A stretch of 64,000 bases of DNA from Candidatus Latescibacterota bacterium (lineage in GTDB: Bacteria > Latescibacterota > UBA2968 > UBA8231), in the NCBI GenBank assembly GCA_965203175.1, contig OZ241867.1, positions 2,272,001 through 2,336,000 on the forward strand. Direction: 5' to 3'. Made by a program: the position numbers and the translations under genes. Below are positions 45,832 to 55,583 of the stretch, in pieces; positions within the stretch are counted from its first letter, which is position 1; every line of letters starts with the position of its first letter. Under the pieces are notes generated by a model. The model had not been told where the DNA came from. It searched no databases and was given only the letters and a program-made list of their open reading frames with translations.

Positions 45832-47600
45832 TATCCTGGGTACTCCACTTCTACTACGCGTTCGTCTAACTCGCGTTGCAACTCCTCCACTTGTTCTACT
45901 ATGTACTCTACCGCCTGCTCTACTGGCGTTTCACGCCGCTCTTTTTCGCGCCGCAGTTTGACCTCGACAATCCCCTGCTGCAAACCGCGATCCCCCACCG
46001 TCACCCGCACCGGTATTCCTATCAGGTCGGCGTCGTTGAACTTGACCCCTGGGTTTTCTCGGCGGTCGTCGAGGAGGACTTCAATACCGCGCGCTGCGAG
46101 GCTGTCGTAGAGTTGCGCGCCCACGTCTTGTGCTGCGCCTGCGCCCTTGGCGAGGAGGACGATGTGGACCTGGTAGGGCGCGACGGCAATGGGCCACACC
46201 AAGCCGTCTTCGTCGTGGTACTCTTCGGCGATACAGGCCAGCAGCCGCCCTACGCCGATTCCGTAGGAACCCATGACGACTGGCTGTGCCTTGCCCTCGG
46301 CGTCGAGGAAATCACCGCCCAGTGCCTCGGTGAATTTGGTGCCGAGTTGGAAGATGTTGCCCACTTCCACTCCGCGCGATTCGCGCAGCGCCGCGCCGCA
46401 GTCAGGGCAGCAATCGCCTTGTCGGGCGGCGGCGATGTCGGCAACCACGTTGGCCGTGTAGTCGCGGCCGTGGTTTACATTGGCGAGGTGGTAGCCCGGC
46501 TCGTTGGCACCGGCTACTAGATTGGGCGAGGACGCCACGGAGTCATCGACGACGACTAGGGCTCCCTCGACGCCGATGGGCGATCCATAGCCCGGCTCGA
46601 CGCCGACGCCGCGTATTTCCTCGTCCCGCGCCGGCCACATTTCGAGTGCGCCGACCGCGTTGGCCAGCTTGGTCTCGTTGACTTCCATGTCGCCGCGTAT
46701 GACTGCCAGTACAAACGCATCCTCCTTGTCCCGACCGTCGCCGACCGTGGCCATCAGGAAGAGGGCTTTGGCAGTCTTATTCGCGGGGATGTCGAGCAGC
46801 GCAGTCAGTTCCTCGATGGTCGTGGTGTTGGGCGTGGCGATTTTCTCGGGCGCGGCGGGCTCTTCTTCCGGGTTGGCCTGTTTGGCGAAGGTGGCGATTT
46901 GGCGGTTGGCCGAGTACTCGCAGCCGTCGCACAACAGCAGGGTGTCTTCGCCAATCGGCGTCAGGTACATGTATTCGTGGGCTAGCTCGCCGCCCATCAT
47001 CCCAGTGTCTGAGCGCACCGCGAGGACGTCGAGGCCGCAGCGATGGAAGATGTTGAAATACTGCTGGTAATGGGCGCGGTATTGCTTTTCGAGGCCCTCC
47101 CAGTCGGCGTCGAGGCTGTAGGAATCCTTCATGGTGAACTCGCGCACCCGGATAAGGCCCGAGCGGGGGCGGGGATCGTCGCGCCACTTGGTCTGGATAT
47201 GATAGACTAACTGGGGCAGTTGCTTGTAGGATTTGATCTCGCGGCTGACTAGGTCGGCTACGACTTCCTCATGGGTCATGGCCAGCACCATGTCGCGCTC
47301 GTTTTTGTCTTGGAAGCGCCCCATCTCCGTGCCGACTGCGTACCAACGCCCCGTCTGCTGCCAGAGTTCGGCCGGATGCACCACCGGCATGGTGATTTCC
47401 TGGCCGCCGATGGCGTCTATCTCTTGGCGGATAATGTCCTCGATCTTGCGCATCGACCGCTGCGCTAGGGGCAAATAGCTGAAGATGCCGCTGGCCAGTG
47501 GGCGGATAAAGCCAGCCCGCAACAAGAGCTGGTGGCTGACCACCTCCACGTCGGCGGTGACGTCGCGCAAGGTCTGGCTGAAAAGCCGACTCATTCGCAT
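45831..47600 (-). CDS. proS: Proline--tRNA ligase with editing domain
   Basis: MRMSRLF, THEE, RDDPRPRSGLIRVREFTMKDSYS, EVGNIFQLG, MGSYGIG. Confidence 0.97.
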   Translation of the reverse strand: MRMSRLFSQTLRDVTADVEVVSHQLLLRAGFIRPLASGIFSYLPLAQRSMRKIEDIIRQEIDAIGGQEITMPVVHPAELWQQTGRWYAVGTEMGRFQDKNERDMVLAMTHEEVVADLVSREIKSYKQLPQLVYHIQTKWRDDPRPRSGLIRVREFTMKDSYSLDADWEGLEKQYRAHYQQYFNIFHRCGLDVLAVRSDTGMMGGELAHEYMYLTPIGEDTLLLCDGCEYSANRQIATFAKQANPEEEPAAPEKIATPNTTTIEELTALLDIPANKTAKALFLMATVGDGRDKEDAFVLAVIRGDMEVNETKLANAVGALEMWPARDEEIRGVGVEPGYGSPIGVEGALVVVDDSVASSPNLVAGANEPGYHLANVNHGRDYTANVVADIAAARQGDCCPDCGAALRESRGVEVGNIFQLGTKFTEALGGDFLDAEGKAQPVVMGSYGIGVGRLLACIAEEYHDEDGLVWPIAVAPYQVHIVLLAKGAGAAQDVGAQLYDSLAARGIEVLLDDRRENPGVKFNDADLIGIPVRVTVGDRGLQQGIVEVKLRREKERRETPVEQAVEYIVEQVEELQRELDERVVEVEYPG

Positions 47601-47743
47601 GTTGGGTTTCCTTTCTTCCTTGATTTTGTTTCGGTGCGTCGGCACATTCTCCATAAAATAACGCAGCACACAGATAATAAAAACCCATCAATCCCCAATG
47701 GAATGCTCTAGGCTATAATTTGAATCTTTGCCGAATTGTGGAC

Positions 47744-47772
47744 TTGATTTGCATAGTCATATTGACTATAAT
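47744..47772 (+). promoter_or_regulatory. Sigma-70 promoter with overlapping palindromic operator
   Basis: TTGATT-17-TATAAT; ATAGTCA-TAT-TGACTAT inverted repeat at 47753-47769. Confidence 0.7.
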
Positions 47773-47781
47773 ATATTCAAG

Positions 47782-48042
47782 ATGAAATACATGAATCTCA
47801 ATACCTTGGGCAAGCTCGCTAGAGAGGTCCGGGAAAAGGCCGGACTAAATCAAGCAGAAGCTGCCAAAAAAATTGGCTCAACCCAATCGAATGTAAGTGC
47901 CGCTGAACGGGGCAGTGGGACGCGATATATAAGTGTTGCCATTGGTATTATTGAGAAAATCGGCAACCAACCTCTGGAGGGACCGTTTTATGCTGTTCGT
48001 GAAGAGTCAGCAGAATATAACGCCCGAAAAGACAGTAGCTGA
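47782..48042 (+). CDS. XRE-family HTH regulator (R-M controller-like)
   Basis: REKAGLNQAEAAKKIGSTQSNVSAAERG HTH; directly upstream of the MTase. Confidence 0.8.
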   Translation: MKYMNLNTLGKLAREVREKAGLNQAEAAKKIGSTQSNVSAAERGSGTRYISVAIGIIEKIGNQPLEGPFYAVREESAEYNARKDSS

Positions 48043-49162
48043 CTTTTTTGCCGGAATTGGCTTAGTAGAATTAGGGCTGGAAAAAGCTGGTTGGTCAACT
48101 ATTTACTCCGTTGACTACAGCGATGAAAAACGCCAGCTCTACGAAGGACATTTTGGCCAAGGGGCTTACCATCTGCGAGACATTAAAACAGTTGACGGAG
48201 AGGATATACCTTCTGTTACCCTTGCCCATGCTTCATTTCCTTGCACTGATGTATCCGTTGCGGGCGGCAGAGAAGGTTTATCTGGAAAAGAAACGTCTTC
48301 ATTTTGGGAATTTGTAAGAATTCTGGAAGAAATGAAAATAAAGCATCCTCCCCCATTTATCCTACTTGAGAACGTGGAGGGTATGCTTACATCTAAGGGA
48401 GGGCACGACCTTGAAATAGCCCTTTCTGCTTTGTGCGAACTAGGCTATGCGCTCGATATACTGCTTATCAATGCCTCTCACTTTGTGCCCCAGAGCAGAG
48501 TCAGGCTCTTTATTATCGGCAACCTTCTGGCTGGCCACCAAGATATTTTAGAGCAAGAGATCATTCTTCAGCAGAAAAATACTGCTCGTCCTCCAAGAAT
48601 TACTAATTTCATCCGTTCACATTCAGACTTAACGTGGCATCTGTATTCTTTGCCGCAACTGCCTAGGCGTTCCTCTGATCTCGCTGATATTGTAGATCCC
48701 AACGAAAAATGGTGGCCTGAAGATCGGTCGTCCTATTTGTACAATCAGATGTTTGAACGGCATCAAAAGAAGGTACACGAAATGATGGACAAACCATTTT
48801 GGTCTTACGGAACTGTATTCAGGCGCATGCGAATGCGCGATGGTAAGAAACAGTCCACCGCTGAACTGAGGACGGATGGTATTGCGGGATGTCTCCGCAC
48901 GCCCAAGGGAGGTAGTGCGCGACAAATTTTACTCAGAGCAGGAAAAGGTCGATTTGATGCCCGTCTACTAAGTGGTAGAGAGAATGCACGCTTGATGGGG
49001 GCTGATGATTATGTTCTTGGCCCACACCTTGAGTCTAATCAAATGCTGTTTGGATTCGGCGATGCTGTCTGCGTACCCGTGATTGAGTGGATAACAAAAG
49101 AAATCTTCAATCCAGCCTTTGATGAAGCATTCAACACTGCTACCATGCCTACTTACCAGTAG
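47990..49162 (+). CDS. DNA (cytosine-5)-methyltransferase
   Basis: FFAGIG, SFPCTD, LENV, PQSRVR, FGDAV motifs; SD GGAGG before ATG 47990. Confidence 0.92.
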   Translation: MLFVKSQQNITPEKTVADFFAGIGLVELGLEKAGWSTIYSVDYSDEKRQLYEGHFGQGAYHLRDIKTVDGEDIPSVTLAHASFPCTDVSVAGGREGLSGKETSSFWEFVRILEEMKIKHPPPFILLENVEGMLTSKGGHDLEIALSALCELGYALDILLINASHFVPQSRVRLFIIGNLLAGHQDILEQEIILQQKNTARPPRITNFIRSHSDLTWHLYSLPQLPRRSSDLADIVDPNEKWWPEDRSSYLYNQMFERHQKKVHEMMDKPFWSYGTVFRRMRMRDGKKQSTAELRTDGIAGCLRTPKGGSARQILLRAGKGRFDARLLSGRENARLMGADDYVLGPHLESNQMLFGFGDAVCVPVIEWITKEIFNPAFDEAFNTATMPTYQ

Positions 49163-49192
49163 TATGATAGACGAGTGAGCGATAATTTATTC

Positions 49193-49699
49193 TTATACCA
49201 ATACACCATCTTCGATCTGTACGATAACCTGCCCTAACTCTTCTATTAACCCAAAAGCAATGCTCTTGCGATACCGCTGCCGAGGAGTTTCTCCTGAATA
49301 GTTTTCAAGCAGACCTGCACGCCAGCTCTCAAATTCGGTAGCCAGAGCCTCGCCTGTTACAAGACGCACAGTCACATTTTTATAATCACTTGAGTATGAG
49401 ATGAAGATATGATCGACCCTCATATCTTCATCCAACTTTGAAGTGCCTGTATTAAGATGGTACTGGTACTCAAAGCTACTCCCTTCAGTTGCAGATTTGA
49501 CTTCATAATTTTCCAAGTCCGCACCGTAACCGGGTGTGCCTTTTGAGCCTGTTAGGATGGAGCCAAATAACTCCCAATCAATAGATGGGACGCTACCAGC
49601 AACAGGTAGTTGATGCTCCTCAAGTAGTTCAAACCGCTCAGTACGGTTGATATGCTCGAAGTAGTATTGGTAAGCGCCTTTGATATTTAGCTGTTGCAT
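49193..49699 (-). CDS. Putative type II restriction endonuclease (small PD-(D/E)XK)
   Basis: GADLENYEVKS motif; low GC; convergent with the C5-MTase. Confidence 0.55.
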   Translation of the reverse strand: MQQLNIKGAYQYYFEHINRTERFELLEEHQLPVAGSVPSIDWELFGSILTGSKGTPGYGADLENYEVKSATEGSSFEYQYHLNTGTSKLDEDMRVDHIFISYSSDYKNVTVRLVTGEALATEFESWRAGLLENYSGETPRQRYRKSIAFGLIEELGQVIVQIEDGVLV

Positions 49700-49780
49700 A
49701 ATAATCCGAAACGGCGTTGGTGCATGAATTTTTTAAAGGTGCGTCCAAGACGCCTTCGATTAGCCTCTAGCCATGTAGCG

Positions 49781-50491
49781 TCACGTTTTTTGGCGAGCCA
49801 CCGCGCGCATCGCCCGATACATGCACGACAGGGACACCAGCACCCAAATCAAGGCGATCAGATACGCCAGATAGGGCACCTGCAATGGATCTATTCCCCA
49901 ATAGGCCGACAATATCCCGGCGTCCGTCCGCTCAGGAAAATACCACAGGTCGGTGCGGAAGTCGTAGAGACTGTACAGGCACAGCATCACCCCCATCCAC
50001 ACCGCGCCGATGCTCGCCATCCGCCGCGACTTGCAGGCCATGATGCACAGGATCAGTCCGCCGCCGATCCCCAACACAAAATCAACGCTCCCCTCTTCCA
50101 GCGGCGTGTAGATCAGAGTCATCCCCGCGCAGGCCGCGCCAATGCACAGCAACACCAAACGCTGTGCCTGCGGATAAAGCGAGGTGTACATCAACAACGC
50201 CCCCCACAGCGCCGACCCTACGTAGCCTGCCGCGCTAATCAGCGGGAAGAAACCCCCCTTGGTCAGGGTGTGTCCGGACTCGTCCCAATGGGTGCGGATT
50301 TCGAGGACTTCTCCGCCGGTGATCAGGGCCGCTGCCGCGTGATTGACCTCGTGCACCAGCACCACGAAGAAGCGGAACGGCTTGATCAACGCGGTGTCCC
50401 AAAAGGTCAGTGCTAGCCCTGTGCAAAGGAGATAGTAGCGAAATTGCCAGAAGACCTCGGCGATGTAGCGGATGCGGCGGAACATGGCCAC
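49781..50491 (-). CDS. M50 family (M50B-like) membrane metallopeptidase
   Basis: VHEVNH (HExxH), AGYVG, TDA; TM helices. Confidence 0.82.
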   Translation of the reverse strand: MAMFRRIRYIAEVFWQFRYYLLCTGLALTFWDTALIKPFRFFVVLVHEVNHAAAALITGGEVLEIRTHWDESGHTLTKGGFFPLISAAGYVGSALWGALLMYTSLYPQAQRLVLLCIGAACAGMTLIYTPLEEGSVDFVLGIGGGLILCIMACKSRRMASIGAVWMGVMLCLYSLYDFRTDLWYFPERTDAGILSAYWGIDPLQVPYLAYLIALIWVLVSLSCMYRAMRAVARQKT

Positions 50492-52404
50492 TAGTCACTG
50501 ATCTCAGCGCTGATCAGCGCGACGACCTCGGCTAGCGGGAGCGGGTCGAGCTGTTCGCCGGATCGCTGCCGGATTGCCACCTTGCCCTCTTCGATTTCGC
50601 GGTCCCCGGCGATCAGCATGTAGGGCACCTTCTGCGTCTGCGCTTGGCGGATGCGCTTGTTGAGGGTCTCGCTGGCCGCGTCGAGTTCGGCGCGGATTCC
50701 AGCGGCGAGAAGCTGCTGGTGGAGTTGGCTCCCGTACTCGGCGTGGCGCTCGGCAATGGGCAAAACCACCGCTTGCACGGGTGCCAACCACACTGGGAAC
50801 GCGCCGGCGTAGTGTTCGATCAAGAAGCCGATAAAGCGCTCGTGCGTGCCCAGCGGCGCGCGGTGGATGCAGATGGGCGTCTCCTCTTCGCCCGCCGCAT
50901 TGGTGTACGTCAAGCCGAAGCGGCCGGGCACGGCAAAATCGACTTGATTGGTGGCGATTGTAAACTGCCGCCCGATGGCGCTCCAAACTTCGACGTCGAT
51001 CTTGGGGCCGTAGAAGGCGGCCTCGTCGGGCACCTCTTCGTAGTTGATCCCGCCCCGCGCCATGGCGCCGCGCACCATGTCCTCGGTGCGGAGCCACCGC
51101 TCGGAGTCATCGACGTACTTGGCCCCTAGGCCCGATGGTGCGTGGGTGCTCAAGCGCATCAGGTAATTCTCTAGGCCGAACAGCTCGAAATAGCGCAGGT
51201 ACATCTGACAGACGGCGAGGAATTCCTCCTCGAATTGGTCGAGCGTGCAGTATATGTGCGCGTCGTTCATCTGCAACGAGCGCACCCGCATCAAGCCGAA
51301 CAGTTCGCCCGATTGCTCGTAGCGATAGCACGTGCCATACTCAGCCAAACGCAAAGGTAAGTCGCGGTACGAGCGCGGGGAGGCGGCAAAAATTTTGTGG
51401 TGGTGGGGGCAGTTCATGGGCTTGAGGTAGTACTTGACCCCCTCCAACTCCATGGGTGGGAACATGGACTCGGCGTAGTACGGCAAGTGGCCGCTGCGCA
51501 GATATATGGACTCCTTGCAGATGTGCGGCGTGCGCACGCGCTGATAGCCGGCCTCTTGCTCGGTCTTGCGGGCCAAGTCCTCTAACTCGTCGATGAGCAC
51601 CGCTCCCTTGGGAAGCCACAGGGGCAATCCCGGTCCCACTTCGTCGTCAAAGGTGAACAGTTCCAGTTGTTTGCCCAGCGTGCGGTGGTCGCGCTTTTTG
51701 GCCTCTTTCAGCATTGCCAGATGGTGGTCGAGGGCCTCGCGAGTGGCAAAGGCCGTGCCGTAGATCCGCTGCAACATCTTGCGGCTCTCGTCGCCGCGCC
51801 AGTAGGCTCCAGCTACGCTCAGGAGCTTGAAGTGTTTGACTTGTCCGGTGCCGAGCATGTGCGGCCCCCGGCACAGGTCGACGAACTCGCCGTCTTTGTA
51901 AAAGGATAAGGTCTGATCTTCTTCCAAGTCGGCGAGGATTTCCTGTTTGTAGGGAGCGTTGGCGACCATCTCCTCCGCCTCTTGGCGCGCAACATCGATT
52001 CGCTCGAATTTGTGGTTTTGCTTGACGACCCGCTTCATCTCGCGCTCGATCTTTTGCAAGTCTTCGGGCGTAAAAGGCTCGGCCACGTCGAAGTCGTAGT
52101 AGAAGCCGTCGTCAATGGCTGGGCCGATGGCCAGTTGTGCGTCCGGGAAGAGGCGCAGCACGGCCTGCGCCAACACGTGCGACATGCTGTGGCGGTAGAT
52201 CCAGGCGGCCTCGTCTGCATCCCAGGCAATGAGTTCGACTTCCGCCTCGCTGGTGAGGTGGGTGTGGAAGTCCACGTGCTCGTCGCCGGCGCGGGCGGCA
52301 ATGTATTGCTTTAACAATTCCTTGTTCTCTTGGACGAGGATCTCCTTGAGCGTACCCTCGCCGGGGTATTCGATGGCTTGTCCTTGGGGGACTTTGATCA
52401 GCAT
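50491..52404 (-). CDS. thrS: Threonine--tRNA ligase
   Basis: RHSMSHVLAQAV, DLCRGPH, RDHR, KPMNCPHH, FYGPKID, IHRAPLG; SD AAGGAG. Confidence 0.97.
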   Translation of the reverse strand: MLIKVPQGQAIEYPGEGTLKEILVQENKELLKQYIAARAGDEHVDFHTHLTSEAEVELIAWDADEAAWIYRHSMSHVLAQAVLRLFPDAQLAIGPAIDDGFYYDFDVAEPFTPEDLQKIEREMKRVVKQNHKFERIDVARQEAEEMVANAPYKQEILADLEEDQTLSFYKDGEFVDLCRGPHMLGTGQVKHFKLLSVAGAYWRGDESRKMLQRIYGTAFATREALDHHLAMLKEAKKRDHRTLGKQLELFTFDDEVGPGLPLWLPKGAVLIDELEDLARKTEQEAGYQRVRTPHICKESIYLRSGHLPYYAESMFPPMELEGVKYYLKPMNCPHHHKIFAASPRSYRDLPLRLAEYGTCYRYEQSGELFGLMRVRSLQMNDAHIYCTLDQFEEEFLAVCQMYLRYFELFGLENYLMRLSTHAPSGLGAKYVDDSERWLRTEDMVRGAMARGGINYEEVPDEAAFYGPKIDVEVWSAIGRQFTIATNQVDFAVPGRFGLTYTNAAGEEETPICIHRAPLGTHERFIGFLIEHYAGAFPVWLAPVQAVVLPIAERHAEYGSQLHQQLLAAGIRAELDAASETLNKRIRQAQTQKVPYMLIAGDREIEEGKVAIRQRSGEQLDPLPLAEVVALISAEISD

Positions 52405-52422
52405 GACGCGCTCCTTGGCATG

Positions 52423-52456
52423 AAAAACCCCGCTGTCATTGTAGCCGACAGCGGGG
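52423..52456 (-). terminator. Attenuator intrinsic terminator upstream of thrS
   Basis: Minus strand CCCCGCTGTC-GGCTACAAT-GACAGCGGGG-TTTTT (10-bp stem plus U tract). Confidence 0.85.
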
Positions 52457-52486
52457 AGGGGTTGCAAAATAAACTTTAGTCCGTCG

Positions 52487-52603
52487 CTATCCGGCGCACA
52501 TGGTCGTAGTCGTAGTCGTAGTGGTGGTAGTGGTAGCCGTCGGCCCCGACGGGAGACCGCTGAGGCACGGTGCGGAAGCGACTGTAAGCATAGCAGAAAT
52601 CAT
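52487..52603 (-). CDS. Threonine-rich leader peptide (thrS attenuator)
   Basis: MISAMLTVASAPCLSGLPSGPTA-T11-MCAG*; 11 consecutive Thr codons (ACC/ACT/ACG); alternative ATG at 52591. Confidence 0.88.
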   Translation of the reverse strand: MISAMLTVASAPCLSGLPSGPTATTTTTTTTTTTMCAG

Positions 52604-52610
52604 GAGGTAT

Positions 52611-52639
52611 AAAATATCGGCAGAGTGTCGATTGTGCAA
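52611..52639 (-). promoter_or_regulatory. Putative sigma-70 promoter of the thrS leader
   Basis: Minus strand TTGCAC-17-TATTTT, 7 nt before ATG 52603. Confidence 0.5.
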
Positions 52640-52645
52640 GCGCCT

Positions 52646-54136
52646 TCAGGTCAGTTCGTAGTGGGTGCGGTCGGGCAAGGGCACTGGCTGGCCATCCTCA
52701 GTGTTGATGCTCCAGTCGGCTAGCCGCAGGCGCATGGCGGCGAGGGCGTCGCGGTGTTGTTCCTCGTCGATCACATTGACCAACTCGTTTGGATCGGCGA
52801 CGAGGTCGTAGAGTTCGTCGCGGTCTCCCATGGGGTCGTGGACGTACTTCCATTCGCGGGTGCGGACCATCTTGCAGCGGCCAGCCGCCTCGCGCCACTG
52901 CAAGCTGTCGATCAGGGTTTTGCGGCCCCAAGGTTGAGGCAGTTTTTCCAAGTCGGCCATGGTAAAGAGCGGCCCTCCGCAGCCGTATTCGGAAAAGGTC
53001 GCGTCCCGGGGCGCGGCGTCGGTTGCGGTGGGCAGCGGCGTTCCGTGCATTGAGCGCGGCTGCTCTAACTCTTGCAAGTGCAACAGCGTCGGCACTACGT
53101 CGATCAGGTTGGCCATGCTTTGATCGCGCACTCCGGTGGCGACCTGTCCGGGCCAAGAGACGATCAGCGGGACGCGCGTCAGGCTGTCGTAGAAGACCCC
53201 GCCCTTGCACTGCATAGCGTGTTCGCCCATGAAGTCGCCGTGGTCCGAACAAAAGACCACAATCGTCTGTTCCCGCAGCCCTAGTTCGTCGAGCTTGTCG
53301 AGGATCTGACCGAGCGCGTCGTCAATAAAGCGCACCATGCCAAAGTACGAGGCCATGACGCCGTAGAGGTCTTCGGGCGGGTCGCGGCGCACTCCCAGCA
53401 TTTGATAGAGCACTCGGTTGCGCTCGGGCGCGCGCTCGTCGTCGAATTCGTCGTCGCGCCAAGGGGGCAGGTCAATGGCCGAGGGTGGGAACAGGTCCGC
53501 GTACTCGGCTGGGCACAGCCACGGCTCGTGTGGATCGGGGAAGGAAACCCACAGGGCAAAGGGCTGGTCTTGGTGCTTTTCGATAAAGCGCGTCGTCTGC
53601 CCGGCGATCAGGCCGGTGGAGTGATCCTCCAACGGCAGTTCGGAGGTACCGTAGCTAAAGCGGGGGTTCTGGTGGGCGAGTTGGCGATGCTCGGCGGCGA
53701 CCTTGCGGCGACCTTCTTCTGGCCGGAACCAGTCCATGCCCCGCGTCTGTGGCCCCTCGTTGCGCCCGCCGTGAGTAAAGGCGTTCCACACGTCGAAGAG
53801 CGCCAAATCCTCCTCCCGCTGGAAGCAGTGGTTTTTGCCGATCAGGCCGGTGGCGTAGCCAGCCTCTTTCCAGAGTTGCCAGGCGTGCGTGGCACCGGCG
53901 GGCATCAAGGTCTGGTTGCGCCGGCCGCCGTGCGAGTGGGGAAATTGCGAGGTCCAAAATGAGATGCGCGCTGGCACGCAGAGCGGGTGCGGGGTGATTG
54001 CGTTTTCAAAGAGCACGCCGTCGTCGGCTAGGCGTTCCATGGACGGGGTTTGGCAGAAGGTGTTGCCGTAGAGATGGCTGGCCGTGGCGCGCTGTTGGTC
54101 GGTCATTATGACGAGGATGTTGGGACGGTCGGTCAT
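52646..54136 (-). CDS. Sulfatase (formylglycine-dependent)
   Basis: RPNILVIMTDQQ, CVPAR (CxPxR), GKNH, DPH, SDHGD. Confidence 0.92.
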   Translation of the reverse strand: MTDRPNILVIMTDQQRATASHLYGNTFCQTPSMERLADDGVLFENAITPHPLCVPARISFWTSQFPHSHGGRRNQTLMPAGATHAWQLWKEAGYATGLIGKNHCFQREEDLALFDVWNAFTHGGRNEGPQTRGMDWFRPEEGRRKVAAEHRQLAHQNPRFSYGTSELPLEDHSTGLIAGQTTRFIEKHQDQPFALWVSFPDPHEPWLCPAEYADLFPPSAIDLPPWRDDEFDDERAPERNRVLYQMLGVRRDPPEDLYGVMASYFGMVRFIDDALGQILDKLDELGLREQTIVVFCSDHGDFMGEHAMQCKGGVFYDSLTRVPLIVSWPGQVATGVRDQSMANLIDVVPTLLHLQELEQPRSMHGTPLPTATDAAPRDATFSEYGCGGPLFTMADLEKLPQPWGRKTLIDSLQWREAAGRCKMVRTREWKYVHDPMGDRDELYDLVADPNELVNVIDEEQHRDALAAMRLRLADWSINTEDGQPVPLPDRTHYELT

Positions 54137-54194
54137 GGGGGGTTCCTTTGGATGGATTGGAGGTAGTGGAGAGGGAGGGGATTTGCTTTCAGCG

Positions 54195-54240
54195 GCGTCC
54201 AATTGTCGATTAGAGTAGCGTCCGATTGTCTATTATACTA
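54195..54240. repeat. Two tandem 23-bp units (GCGTCCaATTGTCgATTAgAgTA), left island boundary
   Basis: GCGTCC at 54195 and 54218; same unit as at 59226-59290. Confidence 0.8.
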
Positions 54241-54258
54241 GTGACTGTTTCATTGAAT

Positions 54259-55557
54259 TCAATCAAGTAAAGCCCGTTGTCGAGTCGCCCAGTCCTGATA
54301 GAACGGAATGACCTGCCAATGTGCTAACCCATCTCCGCGAATAGTGATCTCCTCGACATCATCCACACAATTCATAATAAAATCGAATCTATCGGTACGT
54401 TTCGCGCTACCCACGCAAGTAGTAAGATCAGCCGTAATCTCTGTCACGGCGGGAGCACGATCTCTAATGCGAATGATGGCCGCATCAATCAGTGTCAGAT
54501 CTTGCATCATCTCACGAATTTCTCCGGCACGTCGGTTGATTGCTCGCTTGTCAAAGTAAACCGTCAACTCACCCATACGTCCAAAGTTGTTCTTCTTCCA
54601 AGCCTGTAAGAATTCAACGAGTGCTGCTTCCGGCTCACCCGAGCCGAAGGAGGCGATCTCAGGCTCCGCAAACACATTGATCCGTCCCTCGAAAACCGGT
54701 CGAGGCGTCCATGCCTCAATACGCTCGCTTAGTTCTTTCGTCTGGACGTAGTTGGTGAGTGTTTCGGAAAGAGATGGATTAGATGGAGGATTCAGAGCCT
54801 TTTCCGCTTCACGAGCACGAATGACGTCGGCAATATTGCTCAAGAAAGACCAGCATTTCGCGGTGACCAGTCGGTTGCCATATCCAAGGTCTCGGCCATG
54901 GAGAATACCATTTCTATAGGGGAAGCTGATGTGTTCTATTGTCGTTTTGCGCCGAGTACGGCACATCTCGCGGATCAGTTTCGGTAAAGCCTCTGGCTGT
55001 CCAGCGAGGGAATGAAGTTCTTCGAGGTTTACGCCCTCGCTAAATATCGATTTTTGAAACACATCCTCTCCGACCCCATCCGCAATGATGAATAACAAAG
55101 GCGCTGTGGCAAGATAACGAGTCTCTTGGGTCAACGTAAGCGCTTCCTGAAGTTGCTCCCTGCGAAGCTCGAACCCTTTTGTCTGACAAAGACGCGTTAC
55201 AACAAAATGTAGCCTCTCACCTTCGTAATCAGTTGCTAATAGACCTTCGGCATCGTCAACGCGGCAGTCCTTGTGGGCGGCAAGTGCCGCCTTTGCCGTT
55301 TCAATATTTGTGGACTCAGAAATGAGCCAGCCGAGTGCAGAGAAGGCTTCATGGAATTCTTCAGTCAATTTGGCAAGCTCTATCGCTTGCTGTTTCGAAT
55401 CCTTCAAATCAGCAACGATAGTCTTTAGATGATCTCCGCCTATGCCAAATCGCGAAAGCAGTGCCAGAAATGGTTCGAGATGTCCGATTGCGCGGACTAG
55501 GTTGATCTGTTCTTGAAACGCTGGAGGGAGTGGAAGCGTACGATTTCGTGACATCAA
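54259..55557 (-). CDS. Hypothetical protein with HEPN-like Rx4H motif
   Basis: 432-aa ORF of lower GC; PLLFIIADG...YRNGILHG pattern. Confidence 0.55.
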   Translation of the reverse strand: MMSRNRTLPLPPAFQEQINLVRAIGHLEPFLALLSRFGIGGDHLKTIVADLKDSKQQAIELAKLTEEFHEAFSALGWLISESTNIETAKAALAAHKDCRVDDAEGLLATDYEGERLHFVVTRLCQTKGFELRREQLQEALTLTQETRYLATAPLLFIIADGVGEDVFQKSIFSEGVNLEELHSLAGQPEALPKLIREMCRTRRKTTIEHISFPYRNGILHGRDLGYGNRLVTAKCWSFLSNIADVIRAREAEKALNPPSNPSLSETLTNYVQTKELSERIEAWTPRPVFEGRINVFAEPEIASFGSGEPEAALVEFLQAWKKNNFGRMGELTVYFDKRAINRRAGEIREMMQDLTLIDAAIIRIRDRAPAVTEITADLTTCVGSAKRTDRFDFIMNCVDDVEEITIRGDGLAHWQVIPFYQDWATRQRALLD

Positions 55558-55583
55558 TTCTCAGCAGAAAGTAATGTTGATAC

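Noticed and set aside
52502-52534. (GTAGTC/GTG) microsatellite
   Set aside because: Explained as the Thr codon run of the thrS leader peptide on the minus strand.
54137-54202. Extended N-terminus of the sulfatase (MDAAESK...)
   Set aside because: Arises from the duplicated ATPase start-region repeat; the sulfatase has an AAGGA SD before ATG 54136.
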